Part shown: piece by piece, positions 37,502 through 47,535 of the stretch
How positions within the stretch are numbered: position 1 is the stretch's first letter
Layout of the letters: each line of letters starts with the position of its first letter
NCBI GenBank assembly: GCA_963665295.1
Contig: OY762209.1
Location: forward strand, 4,832,001-4,896,000
Origin: Syntrophorhabdaceae bacterium
Lineage (GTDB): Bacteria; Desulfobacterota; Syntrophorhabdia; Syntrophorhabdales; Syntrophorhabdaceae
Length of the DNA stretch: 64,000 nt
Reading direction: 5' to 3'
Made by a program: the position numbers and the translations under genes
The notes under the pieces: generated by a model
The model's database searches: none
Seen by the model: the letters and a program-made list of their open reading frames with translations, nothing else
Told to the model about the DNA's origin: nothing

Positions 37502-38856
37502 AAACAGAGGAAGGGCTCGTCGATTTTATCACCCGCACCCGTATCGGGGATATCCCCGAGGGAGCGAGGAAGACGGTCAAGAACCAGTTGCTCACCATAG
37601 CCGGCACCACGCTCGCGGGCGCCGCAGAGGACGGCTGCGAAGAAACGGTCCGGTTCTACCATGAAATGGGCGGCAAAGAAGAAGCGACCATACTTGTCCA
37701 CGGGGGAAGAATTCCCGCTCACGACGCAGCTTTCGTGAACGCCGTGATGGCCCGCTCCCTGGATCTCTGCGACTCCATCGCACCCGGTCCCCACATCGGG
37801 GCCGCCCTGATTACCGGGTCTCTCGCGGCGGCGGAGATGATAGGGGGCATGACGGGACGGGACTTCTTCGAGGGAATTATCGTGGGCAACGAGGTAGCGG
37901 CGAGAATGAATCTCACCGAAGAAGCCTATAACGGGTTCGACCCCACGGGGATATGCGTGATCTTCGGCGTAGCCGCCTCAGTCTCAAAAATACTCCACCT
38001 CAGCCCCTCCCAGACATGGAACGCCCTTGCTCTCGCCTTCAACCGGTGCGGCGGGAGTTTTCAAAGCCATATCGACGGGTCTCTCGGGGTCCGCTTCGTT
38101 CAGGGATGGGTTGCTCAGGGAGGAGTCCTCTGCGCCCGCCTCGCCTCAAAGGGGATCACGGGACCCAGGAACTTCCTCGATGGGATTTACGGGTATCTCC
38201 ATCTTTACGGTAAGGACCTCATTACGGGCGACCGCATCACGGCAGGTCTCGGCGAGCGTTATGTACTCGAAAACATGGTGTACAAAAAATATCCGAGCTG
38301 CGCCCTCACCCAGGGCCCGACGGACGAGATACTGAAGGTAATGGCCGAGCAGGGGCTATCCCCCCACGACATTGACCGCGTCTTTGTCACGGTGCCCCCC
38401 TACACCCACAAACTCGTGGGCCACGAGTTCGAAATAGGGGACAACCCGAGGGTCAACGCCCAGTTCAACATCCGGTACTGTGTGGCCAACGCGTTGACGA
38501 GGGGGGCCGCGAGGCTCGAACATTTCGAGGAACGGTTCATACGGCAGGGGGAGACCGCGGAGCTTGCGAAGCGCATCACTGTTATCCCCAACAAGACCCT
38601 GGAGGAGCGGGGGCACACGCCCATGGACATGCGGGTAGTGACCCTGGACGGCCACGAGTTTCTGAAATCAATAGATATCGGCCCGGGCTTTCCCGGTAAT
38701 CCCCTCACTCCGAAGGACCACGAAAGACGCTTCAGGGACTGTCTCGCCTTTGCGAAGAGACCGGTAAGTGAAGAAAAGGCGGCGGGGATCGTCTCCCTGG
38801 TGGAACACATCGAAGAGGTTCAGGACATAAGGACATTTGTCGAATTGCTGACATAA
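37498..38856 (+). CDS. MmgE/PrpD family protein
   Basis: AAFVNA...LD..D, KKYPSC, AQFNI.Y and GFPGNP motifs; ATGA overlap with the upstream gene. Confidence 0.88.
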   Translation: MKTEEGLVDFITRTRIGDIPEGARKTVKNQLLTIAGTTLAGAAEDGCEETVRFYHEMGGKEEATILVHGGRIPAHDAAFVNAVMARSLDLCDSIAPGPHIGAALITGSLAAAEMIGGMTGRDFFEGIIVGNEVAARMNLTEEAYNGFDPTGICVIFGVAASVSKILHLSPSQTWNALALAFNRCGGSFQSHIDGSLGVRFVQGWVAQGGVLCARLASKGITGPRNFLDGIYGYLHLYGKDLITGDRITAGLGERYVLENMVYKKYPSCALTQGPTDEILKVMAEQGLSPHDIDRVFVTVPPYTHKLVGHEFEIGDNPRVNAQFNIRYCVANALTRGAARLEHFEERFIRQGETAELAKRITVIPNKTLEERGHTPMDMRVVTLDGHEFLKSIDIGPGFPGNPLTPKDHERRFRDCLAFAKRPVSEEKAAGIVSLVEHIEEVQDIRTFVELLT

Positions 38857-38876
38857 CGCATTTGGAGGGAAACATC

Positions 38877-40433
38877 ATGATGACCGTGATTGATTTGATT
38901 GCACGAAACGCAAGGATTTACCCGACGGCTACCGCCTTCGTGGAGGTCAAGCCGGTAAGCAAGGCCCGAAAGGAAATCACCTGGGCCGGTTTCTATGAGA
39001 GGATGAACAGGATCGCCAACGTACTCGACGCCAAAGGCATAAAGAAGGGCATGAAGGTAGCCCTCCTTGGAAGGAACTCCATCGACTGGCTTGAGGCTTT
39101 CTTCGGGATCATGGCCACCGGGGCTTGGGCGATACCGCTCAACTTCAGGTTCACCGACGATGATATCAAGTATTGCACGGGCATAGGAGAGCCCGGCTGT
39201 TTCATCTGCGACGATGAATTTGCCGAAAGGATCGCCGCTCTGAAACCGGAACTCCCTACAGTGCACACCCTTTTCTCCATAGGTGCCACATCACGGCCCG
39301 ACATAGATGCTCTCGAACCATTGATGGTGACTGTCCCTTCCGTTCCCGTCGACGTGGAGTTGAACGACGAGGATGAGTGCGCCCTCTATTTTACCTCCGG
39401 CACCACGGGCGCGCCCAAGGCGGTGCTCCACGCCCACCGGAGCCTCATGGTATCCGCCGTAACCGAAGCGACAAACCATGACTGGACCGCCGGTGACAGC
39501 CAGCTCATGATGCCGCCCCTGTACCACCTCGCCATCGGCCACCTCCTGGGCGGCCTCATTGCAGGCGGGTCGAACGTGCTCCTTACGGAACTCATCAAAC
39601 CGGATATCATACTCGACACCCTCGCAAAGGAGAAAGTAACCATCGTTTTCCTTCTCGTCCCGTGGGCCCTCGACATTGTGGGCGCCTTCGACAGGAAGGA
39701 ACTCGCGCCGAAGGGCTATGACCTGAGCAAACTCCGTCTCATGCACATGGGCGCTCAGCCCATACCTGTAAGCCTGATCCGGAAGTGGAAGTCCTACTTC
39801 CCGGACATGTCCTATGACACGAGCTACGGCCTGAGCGAGGGCGGAGGCCCGGGCATAACCCACGTGGGTACCCAGAACGAAAGTAAAGTGGGGGCCATAG
39901 GGAGGCCGAGTCTCATATGGGACGTCCGCGTAGCGAAAGAAGACGGAACGGACGTCGCTGTCGGCGAAGTGGGAGAGCTTGTAGTAAAAAGCAACGGCAA
40001 TATGAAGGGTTATTACAAGAACCCCGAGGGGACCGCCCAGATCATCCGTAAGGGCTGGATCCATACCGGCGACCTGGGGAGGATCGACGAGGACGGTTTC
40101 ATCTACATAGTCGACCGTAAGAAGGACCTCATTATCTGTGGGGGCGAAAATATCTTCCCCGTGGAGATCGAGGAAATCCTCGTAAGACACCCGAAGGTCC
40201 ACGACGTGGCGGTGATCGGCGCACCCGACGACAGACTGGGAGAAGCGATCGTGGCAGTGATCCAGGCCGCACCGGGCGAAAAGCCCACAGAGGCGGAAAT
40301 GGCCGCCTACTGCGAGGAGAACCTCCCACGGTATAAAAGGCCCCGGCGGTTCATATTCGATGAAGTACCGCGAAGCGCCACCGGTAAGATAGAAAAACCG
40401 AAGCTGAGGAAAAAGCATATCCCTCAGGGTTGA
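38877..40433 (+). CDS. Acyl-CoA synthetase (AMP-forming)
   Basis: FTSGTTGAPK, YGLSEG, HTGD, DRKKDLIICGGEN and TGKIEK motifs. Confidence 0.92.
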   Translation: MMTVIDLIARNARIYPTATAFVEVKPVSKARKEITWAGFYERMNRIANVLDAKGIKKGMKVALLGRNSIDWLEAFFGIMATGAWAIPLNFRFTDDDIKYCTGIGEPGCFICDDEFAERIAALKPELPTVHTLFSIGATSRPDIDALEPLMVTVPSVPVDVELNDEDECALYFTSGTTGAPKAVLHAHRSLMVSAVTEATNHDWTAGDSQLMMPPLYHLAIGHLLGGLIAGGSNVLLTELIKPDIILDTLAKEKVTIVFLLVPWALDIVGAFDRKELAPKGYDLSKLRLMHMGAQPIPVSLIRKWKSYFPDMSYDTSYGLSEGGGPGITHVGTQNESKVGAIGRPSLIWDVRVAKEDGTDVAVGEVGELVVKSNGNMKGYYKNPEGTAQIIRKGWIHTGDLGRIDEDGFIYIVDRKKDLIICGGENIFPVEIEEILVRHPKVHDVAVIGAPDDRLGEAIVAVIQAAPGEKPTEAEMAAYCEENLPRYKRPRRFIFDEVPRSATGKIEKPKLRKKHIPQG

Positions 40434-40543
40434 GGACGGAGGCGCCGGGACCCGTGTCAAAAGAAAGGAAATGCCACCACCCGCGGTCCCGGCGCTAAAG
40501 ACCCCCGCACCGGGGATTCCGATGGTCGGAGAGGAGAGTATTT

Positions 40544-41029
40544 ATGGAGAAGTTTCAGATAGTTGTCAGCCGATTGTGTAAATACATGGCGGTAGTAGCC
40601 GGGACGGCGCTCGTCCTGGTCATGCTCCTTACCGTGCTCGATGTCATTCTGAGGTATTTTGGGCATCCCATATTGGGGGTATACGACCTGGTGGCCCTTG
40701 GGGGCGCCATCGTCATCGGCTTCTCCCTCCCCTATGCCGCGGAAAGAAAGGTCCATGTCTTTATGGAAATGATCCAGCAAGCACAGGGCAAACGCTTGAA
40801 ACAGGTGCTCTTGGTGGTAACCCGTCTCATCGCCTTGCTCATAAGCATCATAGTTGCCTGGCACCTCGTACGACTCGGGCAGGGCTTCCGCGAGACGGGC
40901 GAGGCTTCTCTCACAGTCCAGATAGTCTACTACCCTATCGCCATAGGATTGGGGGTGTGTTTCCTGGGACAGGCACTCGTGTATTTCGTGCAAATCTTCA
41001 AGGGTGCTTCCGGAGGCGAAAATGAATGA
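40544..41029 (+). CDS. dctQ: TRAP small permease
   Basis: Paralog of 3729-4214; four TM segments. Confidence 0.9.
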   Translation: MEKFQIVVSRLCKYMAVVAGTALVLVMLLTVLDVILRYFGHPILGVYDLVALGGAIVIGFSLPYAAERKVHVFMEMIQQAQGKRLKQVLLVVTRLIALLISIIVAWHLVRLGQGFRETGEASLTVQIVYYPIAIGLGVCFLGQALVYFVQIFKGASGGENE

Positions 41030-42323
41030 GGTAACAGTAGGATTAATCGGTTTAGTGGCTTTACTGGTGCTCTTTCTCATGGGGCTCGAACTGGCTATAG
41101 CGATGCTGGTGGTGGGTTTCGTGGGGTTCGCGTACATTGTCAATCTCGATGCGGCGTTCAACCTGGTAGCAAAGGATATCTTTGACGCTTTCGAGTCGTA
41201 CAGCCTGACGGTGGTGCCTCTCTTTGTCCTCATGGGCCAGCTCGCCTATAACGCGGGGATTGCGAAAAGGCTCTACGGAACGGCCCACCGCTTCCTCGGG
41301 CACATCAAGGGCGGACTCGCCATCGCCACGGTATCGGGGTGCACCATATTCGGCGCCATCTGCGGCTCAGCCGCAGCCACGGCGGCGACGTTCTCGTCCG
41401 TCTCTATTCCGGAAATGGACCGGTTCGGGTACAAGAGAAGCTTTTCGGCAGGCCTCGTCGCCATCGCAGGGACCCTGGGCATCATGATACCGCCGAGCGT
41501 ACCCATGATCATCTATGGTATTATCACCCAGCAATCCATCGGCAGGCTCTTCGTGGCAGGCATAGTCCCTGGTGTGGTTATCTGCTTCCTTTTCATCGGT
41601 CTCATCGTGGCCCGGTGCCGTATAAATCCCGACATTGCGCCTATGGGTGAACGGTTCACCTGGAAAGAGCGTTTCGCTTCTCTCTCCGGCGTGATATGGC
41701 CCCTTGCGATATTCGCGGTAGTCATGGAAGGTCTCCTTCAGGGTATCTTTACGCCCACGGAGGCGGCAAGCGTGGGCACCTTCGCCATACTCCTCCTCTC
41801 TCTTGCCCGGCGCGACGTAACCTTGCCGGGCATCATCAAGTCCGTGGGGGAAAGCCTTCTCACCGCCACCATGGTCCTTTTCCTCCTTGCAGGATCCACA
41901 GTCCTCGGACACTTTCTCGCCGTAACAAAGATTCCTATCTTCGTATCCGAATGGGTGGTGGGTCTGCCCTTTCCCAACTGGACAATCATGATGATCATAT
42001 GTTTCATCTATCTTCTGGGGGGCTCTTTCATCGACGACCTCGCCTTCATGGTGCTCGCCACGCCGATCTTCTTCCCTGCGGTGCTCAAACTCGGGTATAA
42101 CCCCATCTGGTTCGGCATCATGATCACCATAACGGTAATGGTGGGAATAGTGGTCCCTCCGGTGGCCCTTAACGTCTTCGTGGTGAAGAATATAACCAAG
42201 ACGTCGTTCAAGGACATCTATATCGGCGTCTACCCATTTCTTCTCGGGCTCGTGGGTTGTGCGATCCTCTTATTCATCTTCCCCCAGATCGCGCTCTTTC
42301 TCCCGAACCTGCTTTATAAGTGA
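41022..42323 (+). CDS. dctM: TRAP large permease
   Basis: PLFVLMG and GTLGIMIPPS motifs; paralog of 2435-3736. Confidence 0.92.
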   Translation: MNEVTVGLIGLVALLVLFLMGLELAIAMLVVGFVGFAYIVNLDAAFNLVAKDIFDAFESYSLTVVPLFVLMGQLAYNAGIAKRLYGTAHRFLGHIKGGLAIATVSGCTIFGAICGSAAATAATFSSVSIPEMDRFGYKRSFSAGLVAIAGTLGIMIPPSVPMIIYGIITQQSIGRLFVAGIVPGVVICFLFIGLIVARCRINPDIAPMGERFTWKERFASLSGVIWPLAIFAVVMEGLLQGIFTPTEAASVGTFAILLLSLARRDVTLPGIIKSVGESLLTATMVLFLLAGSTVLGHFLAVTKIPIFVSEWVVGLPFPNWTIMMIICFIYLLGGSFIDDLAFMVLATPIFFPAVLKLGYNPIWFGIMITITVMVGIVVPPVALNVFVVKNITKTSFKDIYIGVYPFLLGLVGCAILLFIFPQIALFLPNLLYK

Positions 42324-42399
42324 GGATAAGATTATGGAAGCATCGACCACCCCGCGTGGTGCAATAGACTTCAAAAAAACTAAGGATAGGGGGTTTTCT

Positions 42400-43431
42400 A
42401 TGAAACGATCCGCATCTGCAATGTCTTTGTTGGCCGTCCTCTTTCTGGGCTTCGGCCTGCTCTACTCCGGCGCCGCCCATGCCCAGCAGGGCACGGTGAC
42501 GCTCAACTACTCCAATTTCTTCCCTGCGAACCACAAACACAGCCTTCTCGCGGAACAGTGGTGCCAGGAAGTAACCAAGAGAACGAACGGCAAGGTAAAA
42601 GTGACCATGTTCCATGGGGGTACGTTGACTTCTCCCCAACTGGCGTACGACGGCGTAGTGAAGGGCCTCTCCGATATGGCCCTCGGCGTGTTCAGCTATT
42701 CCAGAGGCCGCTTTGCCCTCACGGAAGTGATCGATTTGCCCCTAGGTTTCAGGAGCGGCTATATCGCCACAAAACTCGTGAATGAATATTACAGGAAGTT
42801 CAAACCAAAAGAAATGGATGACGTGAAGGTCATGTATCTCCATGCCCATGGACCCGCCATTCTTCACACGGGAAAGAGACCCGTCGCGAAACTCGAAGAA
42901 ATGAAGGGCCTCAAAGTAAGAGTCACTCCCCTTGCCACGCCGACTCTCTCGGCCCTGGGGGCCACTCCTGTGGCAATGCCCATGGGAGATACCTACGATT
43001 CCCTGTCGAAGGGCGTAGTGGACGGGGCCTTCTCCCCTTATGAAGCCCTTGAAGGCTGGAAATGGGGCGAGATCGTAAAGTATTCCACGGAGTGCTATGC
43101 CGTCTCCCCGTCGAGCGCGTTCTTTGTAGTCATGAACAAGAAGAAGTGGGATTCCCTGTCTCCCGAGGTTCACAAAATCATTGAGAAGATCAATGACGAA
43201 TGGATAGAGAAACAGGGTAAGGTCTGGGACGAGATAGACACGGAAGGCAAGGCCTTCGCAGTCAAGAAAGGGCACAAGAGCATCACCCTTTCGGGCGCGG
43301 AACAGGCAAGATGGGTAGCCGCGGTCAAACCGGTCCTTGACGATTACATGAAGAGAACCAAGGCAAAAGGACTACCCGGCGACGAAGTCCTGAAATTCAG
43401 CATCGATTACCTCAAGAAGAACCAGAAGTAG
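42400..43431 (+). CDS. dctP: TRAP substrate-binding protein
   Basis: Signal peptide and MKGLKVR motif; paralog of 1306-2367. Confidence 0.92.
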   Translation: MKRSASAMSLLAVLFLGFGLLYSGAAHAQQGTVTLNYSNFFPANHKHSLLAEQWCQEVTKRTNGKVKVTMFHGGTLTSPQLAYDGVVKGLSDMALGVFSYSRGRFALTEVIDLPLGFRSGYIATKLVNEYYRKFKPKEMDDVKVMYLHAHGPAILHTGKRPVAKLEEMKGLKVRVTPLATPTLSALGATPVAMPMGDTYDSLSKGVVDGAFSPYEALEGWKWGEIVKYSTECYAVSPSSAFFVVMNKKKWDSLSPEVHKIIEKINDEWIEKQGKVWDEIDTEGKAFAVKKGHKSITLSGAEQARWVAAVKPVLDDYMKRTKAKGLPGDEVLKFSIDYLKKNQK

Positions 43432-43447
43432 AAGGTGGAAGGATCAG

Positions 43448-43487
43448 GCATCCCCGGCACGACTCACCTGCCGGGGATGCTGTTTTT
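43448..43487 (+). terminator. Intrinsic terminator of the mutase/TRAP operon
   Basis: GCATCCCCGGCA ... TGCCGGGGATGC followed by TGTTTTT. Confidence 0.8.
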
Positions 43488-43508
43488 CACCGCGGAAAAA
43501 ATGCGCCC

Positions 43509-44075
43509 CTATTTCGGCAGAGCCTTAAGCTCCTGCAACTGCTGCCGGATAGTCGCGGCCTGCTCGCCTGACGCTCCGGCCTTGAGGCAGTCTTCCCAGG
43601 CCTCGATCGCCCCTTTCACGTCCTTCTTATCGTGGAGGAGTATGATCCCGAGGTTGTACCTGCTGTTCACGTGCTTCGGGTCTTGCCGGGCGGCCTCCTT
43701 CAATTCCTTTACCGCCCTATCATACTCTTTGAGGCCCCTGTACATGACGGCCATGTCCGTACGCACATCCGAATCCTTCGGATCAATGGCAAGGGCCCTC
43801 GTGTACATGTCAATGGCCTTCTGATTCCGGTGGGCGTCGAAGTACTTATTTCCAAGGGTGATAAGCGCCTTGAGGTTGTTCGGGTCCGCCTTGAGCACGC
43901 CTTCGAGAGTCCGAATCTCCTCGTCGGACGGTATGGCAGGAACGGACGGGGCGGCCGTCATTGCCCCCGTTGGATGAACTTCCTTGGAGGAAAACCTTAT
44001 TCCCGCGTAGACGCCGGCCACGAAGCCTACCAGCAGGCTCGCCATTACAAGGATAATGACCTTTTCCTTCTGCAT
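43509..44075 (-). CDS. Membrane-anchored TPR protein
   Basis: N-terminal TM followed by about three TPRs (LGNKYFD, YNLG). Confidence 0.8.
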   Translation of the reverse strand: MQKEKVIILVMASLLVGFVAGVYAGIRFSSKEVHPTGAMTAAPSVPAIPSDEEIRTLEGVLKADPNNLKALITLGNKYFDAHRNQKAIDMYTRALAIDPKDSDVRTDMAVMYRGLKEYDRAVKELKEAARQDPKHVNSRYNLGIILLHDKKDVKGAIEAWEDCLKAGASGEQAATIRQQLQELKALPK

Positions 44076-44135
44076 ATGGAGAACTATATTCCATTGACAC
44101 GGGTTGTTGCAAGGAGTTTTTGAAAAGGAAAGTAC

Positions 44136-44492
44136 ATGGGATTCAGAAACACCAGGAAGACATGCTGCACACCGGGACCCATCGCGTGGCTCAGGACCCT
44201 TTCCCTGTCCGACGGCTCAAAGGCGAGCGTCATCGGTCTCGATGCGATCTTCGAGGACATATGCGGACACGGGGCCGGGCCTTCCCCGGAAACCGCGTCG
44301 GAGATCGTCCGGAGGCTGTCCCGCAAGAACAATATTCCCCTTTCCCTGGTCGGGCTTTACGAAGACGCGGTGCTCCGGGAGTTCACCACCTATATGGAGT
44401 GCAGAACGTGCGAGGATACACCTGAAGATTCGCAGGCCCCTGCCCTTCCACGAAAGGGTATTTTCTCCCGGTTCATGGGATGGCTGAAATAA
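44136..44492 (+). CDS. Small Cys-containing hypothetical protein (paralog of 61039-61347)
   Basis: AAGGA RBS; CC..., V.GL..I..E, E...EI..RL..KN..P pattern. Confidence 0.65.
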   Translation: MGFRNTRKTCCTPGPIAWLRTLSLSDGSKASVIGLDAIFEDICGHGAGPSPETASEIVRRLSRKNNIPLSLVGLYEDAVLREFTTYMECRTCEDTPEDSQAPALPRKGIFSRFMGWLK

Positions 44493-44616
44493 GCGGGACC
44501 GCCCGGGAATAGAAATATTCAGGATTCGCCCGTAGCCCATTCGATTTGAACGGCGAAACAGGCTGAAGCCGTTGTCGAAGGATGCTTTTGCATCGCCCCG
44601 TGGTATCAAGGTCCGG

Positions 44617-45549
44617 TCAGCGCGGGTCATATCGTAGAAGAGATTTCTTCAGGTCCCCCCGGACTATTTCCCGGAACCAGTCGGGGGAGACCACTTCCAC
44701 ATAAGGAATCCAGCGGTAAATCCAATTACGTATCCCGTCGGCGCCCTTCACCGCGAATTTCATTTCCAGCCGGCCGTCAGGTAACGTCTTTACCTCCTGG
44801 CGCTGTTGCCATTTTCTTCTGAGGACGCTCGACTGAATCTCTTTATCGAAGAGCAGGGTTATCTCCACCGGCTCCCCATCCAGGTATGCGCCGAAGGCTC
44901 CGGAGAGTTCCTCGTGTGGAGAAACAGGCCGCGGGACAAAATGTTCATCAAGGGTGTTTAGAGAAATCATCTTGTCGAGCGCAAAGACCCGGAGGTCCTT
45001 TCTGAGGTTACAGTACGCCCTGAGGTTCCAGAACCCGCCCTCGAAGAAAAGGTAGTAAGGGTCGAGTTTTCTCGTGGTCACCTGACTGGTGGACAACGCC
45101 CTATAGACTATCTCCACCCGCTGGAAGTTTATTATGGCCTGATGCAGGAACCCAAGATAGCGACCTGTCTTCTCGGGCAATTCTTCGCTGGAGAGAATAA
45201 TATGGCCCGTGACGTCGGTTCTCTTTGCGGCAAGTCTTTCTTCCAGTTTGTTGAAGCTGTTCTCGAACCCGGGCCCGAATTTCGTAAGAAGCTTTTTTGC
45301 GAGGGCGAGGCCGAGTATCTCCCCTGTTGAGAGAGACGGCCTTGTAAGGGTGAACCCCTCGTCGAAGGTGTAGCTGCCCTTTTTCCGGTCGTAGTTTATG
45401 GGGAAACCGGCAGTGAGGAGGGTATCCATGTAACGGTACACACTCCTGTCGCTAATCTCGAACTCGTCCATGAGAGACCTGGCCGTCACGTGCTCCCTGC
45501 GATCCAGCTTGTTCAGAATCGTTATAAGGGTATCGAATTTGTATGACAT
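44617..45549 (-). CDS. HTH-WYL-WCX transcriptional regulator (YafY/PafC-like)
   Basis: HTH (SDRSVYRYMDTL), R.LDPY.L, WNL and RVFALDK motifs. Confidence 0.9.
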   Translation of the reverse strand: MSYKFDTLITILNKLDRREHVTARSLMDEFEISDRSVYRYMDTLLTAGFPINYDRKKGSYTFDEGFTLTRPSLSTGEILGLALAKKLLTKFGPGFENSFNKLEERLAAKRTDVTGHIILSSEELPEKTGRYLGFLHQAIINFQRVEIVYRALSTSQVTTRKLDPYYLFFEGGFWNLRAYCNLRKDLRVFALDKMISLNTLDEHFVPRPVSPHEELSGAFGAYLDGEPVEITLLFDKEIQSSVLRRKWQQRQEVKTLPDGRLEMKFAVKGADGIRNWIYRWIPYVEVVSPDWFREIVRGDLKKSLLRYDPR

Positions 45550-45906
45550 GTATTCTCCTTATCACTGCATTATGTTGCCGTCACAGCCGGGGCCCCCTCT
45601 TCCCCGCCCTGTTCACCTCAACGAAGACCGCTTTGTCCCCTTTACCCGGGGCATCCCGGACTATTCCATTATCCCGGACTCACCGGGAGATTCAACCTCC
45701 GCGGAGAAACTTATCAGTACCACATCGGACAAAAAATTTCCCGACAAAAACCCTCCTCTTGAACATAATCCGGGTTGTCCTCTTTCCGGACCCGGCCGGT
45801 CCGCTTCGAGGACAAACGATACAGGGGTCCTTGTGATGCCTTTCCGTTGCGGCCATCCTGCAAAAGACCGGTGGTGGTCTGAATTTTCTCTACTTCCTCT
45901 CTACAC

Positions 45907-45939
45907 TGACAGACTGCTGTCACTCCAACCTGATACTCT
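45907..45939 (+). promoter_or_regulatory. TGACAG-N4-CTGTCA palindrome (probable WYL-factor site) and -10 element
   Basis: Perfect palindrome at 45907-45922 in the -35 position, with TACTCT at 45934-45939. Confidence 0.65.
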
Positions 45940-45982
45940 TTATGTATGGTTGGAAACGAAAAGACAAAGGAGGTAACCCATT

Positions 45983-46159
45983 ATGCCGCTTTATGCATTC
46001 AGGATATATGACGTGTACAGGACTGTTGATGCCTTCACCCTGGCGGACGCCCTCAAGGAGGCTGATATCAGGGAAGGTGATGAGTACGAGCTCATCGATG
46101 AAGAAGATTTCGAGGACATATGCTTCTTGTCGGCAAAAGCCGGAGACATGCTTCTGTGA
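45983..46159 (+). CDS. 58-aa highly acidic protein (not in the ORF track)
   Basis: AAGGAGGT RBS; MPLYAFRIYDVYRTVDAFTLADALKEADIREGDEYELIDEEDFEDICFLSAKAGDMLL. Confidence 0.7.
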   Translation: MPLYAFRIYDVYRTVDAFTLADALKEADIREGDEYELIDEEDFEDICFLSAKAGDMLL

Positions 46160-46204
46160 CTCGTAAGGCCCCGAACAACCAATCAAACCTACGGAGGTAG
46201 ACAT

Positions 46205-46555
46205 ATGGGAACTGAAATAGTCTGTTTTTTTGAGACCTGTTCATGCCGCAACACCATTGAAAAAGAGAAAACCGGCGCCATAGCGCGGGCCACAATAAAG
46301 CAGCGTATGGTCAAGTCCATACTTCCCGTACTCCTTATCCTGCTCTTCTTCGCGTTGGCGCCCCCTGACTCTCAGGCACCCGAGCTTACCGAACGCGACA
46401 TCTATGGATACGATACATACCGCGTGTCGGAGAGCGGCGCTATCCTTGATAAGGATGGCGCTATCAAGGGATGGTTTAAGGACAACAGAGTATACGACAC
46501 CCAGTGGAACGAAGAGCCGCCTCTCACACCAAAGAGGTCGGGTCGGACCCGATGA
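46205..46555 (+). CDS. Hypothetical protein with one hydrophobic segment
   Basis: GGAGGT RBS; TM/signal-like ILPVLLILLFFALA. Confidence 0.5.
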   Translation: MGTEIVCFFETCSCRNTIEKEKTGAIARATIKQRMVKSILPVLLILLFFALAPPDSQAPELTERDIYGYDTYRVSESGAILDKDGAIKGWFKDNRVYDTQWNEEPPLTPKRSGRTR

Positions 46556-46596
46556 ACACTATGAACAGGCAAAATGTATGCCTCATTTCCTCTTCG

Positions 46597-47493
46597 TTAC
46601 AGCAGTCCGGCGATTATGGAAAGGCCGTTGATGAAGTAGAGGGACCGCACATACTTACCGTACCCGTCGAGAAGGACCCAATCATCGGTCTTTCTCGCGA
46701 CGGCCATCATCTTCCGGAATATGGGAATGCCGAAAAGGCTGATCACTGCTACGAAGGAGAGCAGCCCTGAGAGGACCAGAGCTATTATTGTCCCGTAGAT
46801 GAGGGCAAAGAAGACGAAAAGCCCGTAGTATGCGCCCTTCTTGCCCAACCTCACCGCAAGGGTCCGTTTCCCTGCCTCGCGGTCGGTCTTCATGTCCGGC
46901 AGGCTCTGGTAGTAGAGTATGGACGCCACCATAAGCCCCACAGGCACGGATATCCAGAAAGCCCTCCCATCCGGACGGCCCGCCATAACCCAGTAAGTCC
47001 CTACCACCATAACCGGTCCCATGTTGATCCCCACGAACAACTCTCCGAGACCGTGATACCCGTACCGCACCGGGGGAGCCACATAGAAAAGGCTGCTCAG
47101 AAAGGCGAAAAGGACAAGGGGGAATATGACGAAGAGGTCGAGGGCGGCCATGAGATAGAATGCCGCCACAAAGGCAAGAAAATAAAGGATGATAATCGCC
47201 CGTAAGATCGCGCCTGGGGATAGTTTGCCCTCCTGGATAACCCGCGACCCACCGATGGCATCCCCCTCGTCGGTCCCCTCCTTGTGCTCGAAGTAATCGT
47301 TGGCGAGGTTCGTGGCAAGGTGGACCATGAGCGCGGCGAGAATAACCACAAGGAATCTGCCCGGACGCCAACCTCCATCACGGGCGAGTATCCACCCGAT
47401 TACGAGGGGTATAAGGGTGGCGACAAAGAAGGGGGGACGGCTCGCCTGAATCCACGCCTTCAGTTCTTCCTTTCTCAATATACGTTCATCCAT
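46597..47493 (-). CDS. menA: 1,4-dihydroxy-2-naphthoate prenyltransferase-like (UbiA superfamily)
   Basis: NLANDYFEH.EGTD, GGSR, Y.GLGE and DMKTDREAGKRTLAVRLG motifs. Confidence 0.8.
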   Translation of the reverse strand: MDERILRKEELKAWIQASRPPFFVATLIPLVIGWILARDGGWRPGRFLVVILAALMVHLATNLANDYFEHKEGTDEGDAIGGSRVIQEGKLSPGAILRAIIILYFLAFVAAFYLMAALDLFVIFPLVLFAFLSSLFYVAPPVRYGYHGLGELFVGINMGPVMVVGTYWVMAGRPDGRAFWISVPVGLMVASILYYQSLPDMKTDREAGKRTLAVRLGKKGAYYGLFVFFALIYGTIIALVLSGLLSFVAVISLFGIPIFRKMMAVARKTDDWVLLDGYGKYVRSLYFINGLSIIAGLL

Positions 47494-47535
47494 TATGGTC
47501 CATATCCGCGGACGAGGGTGTGCGCCCCCCTTCCG

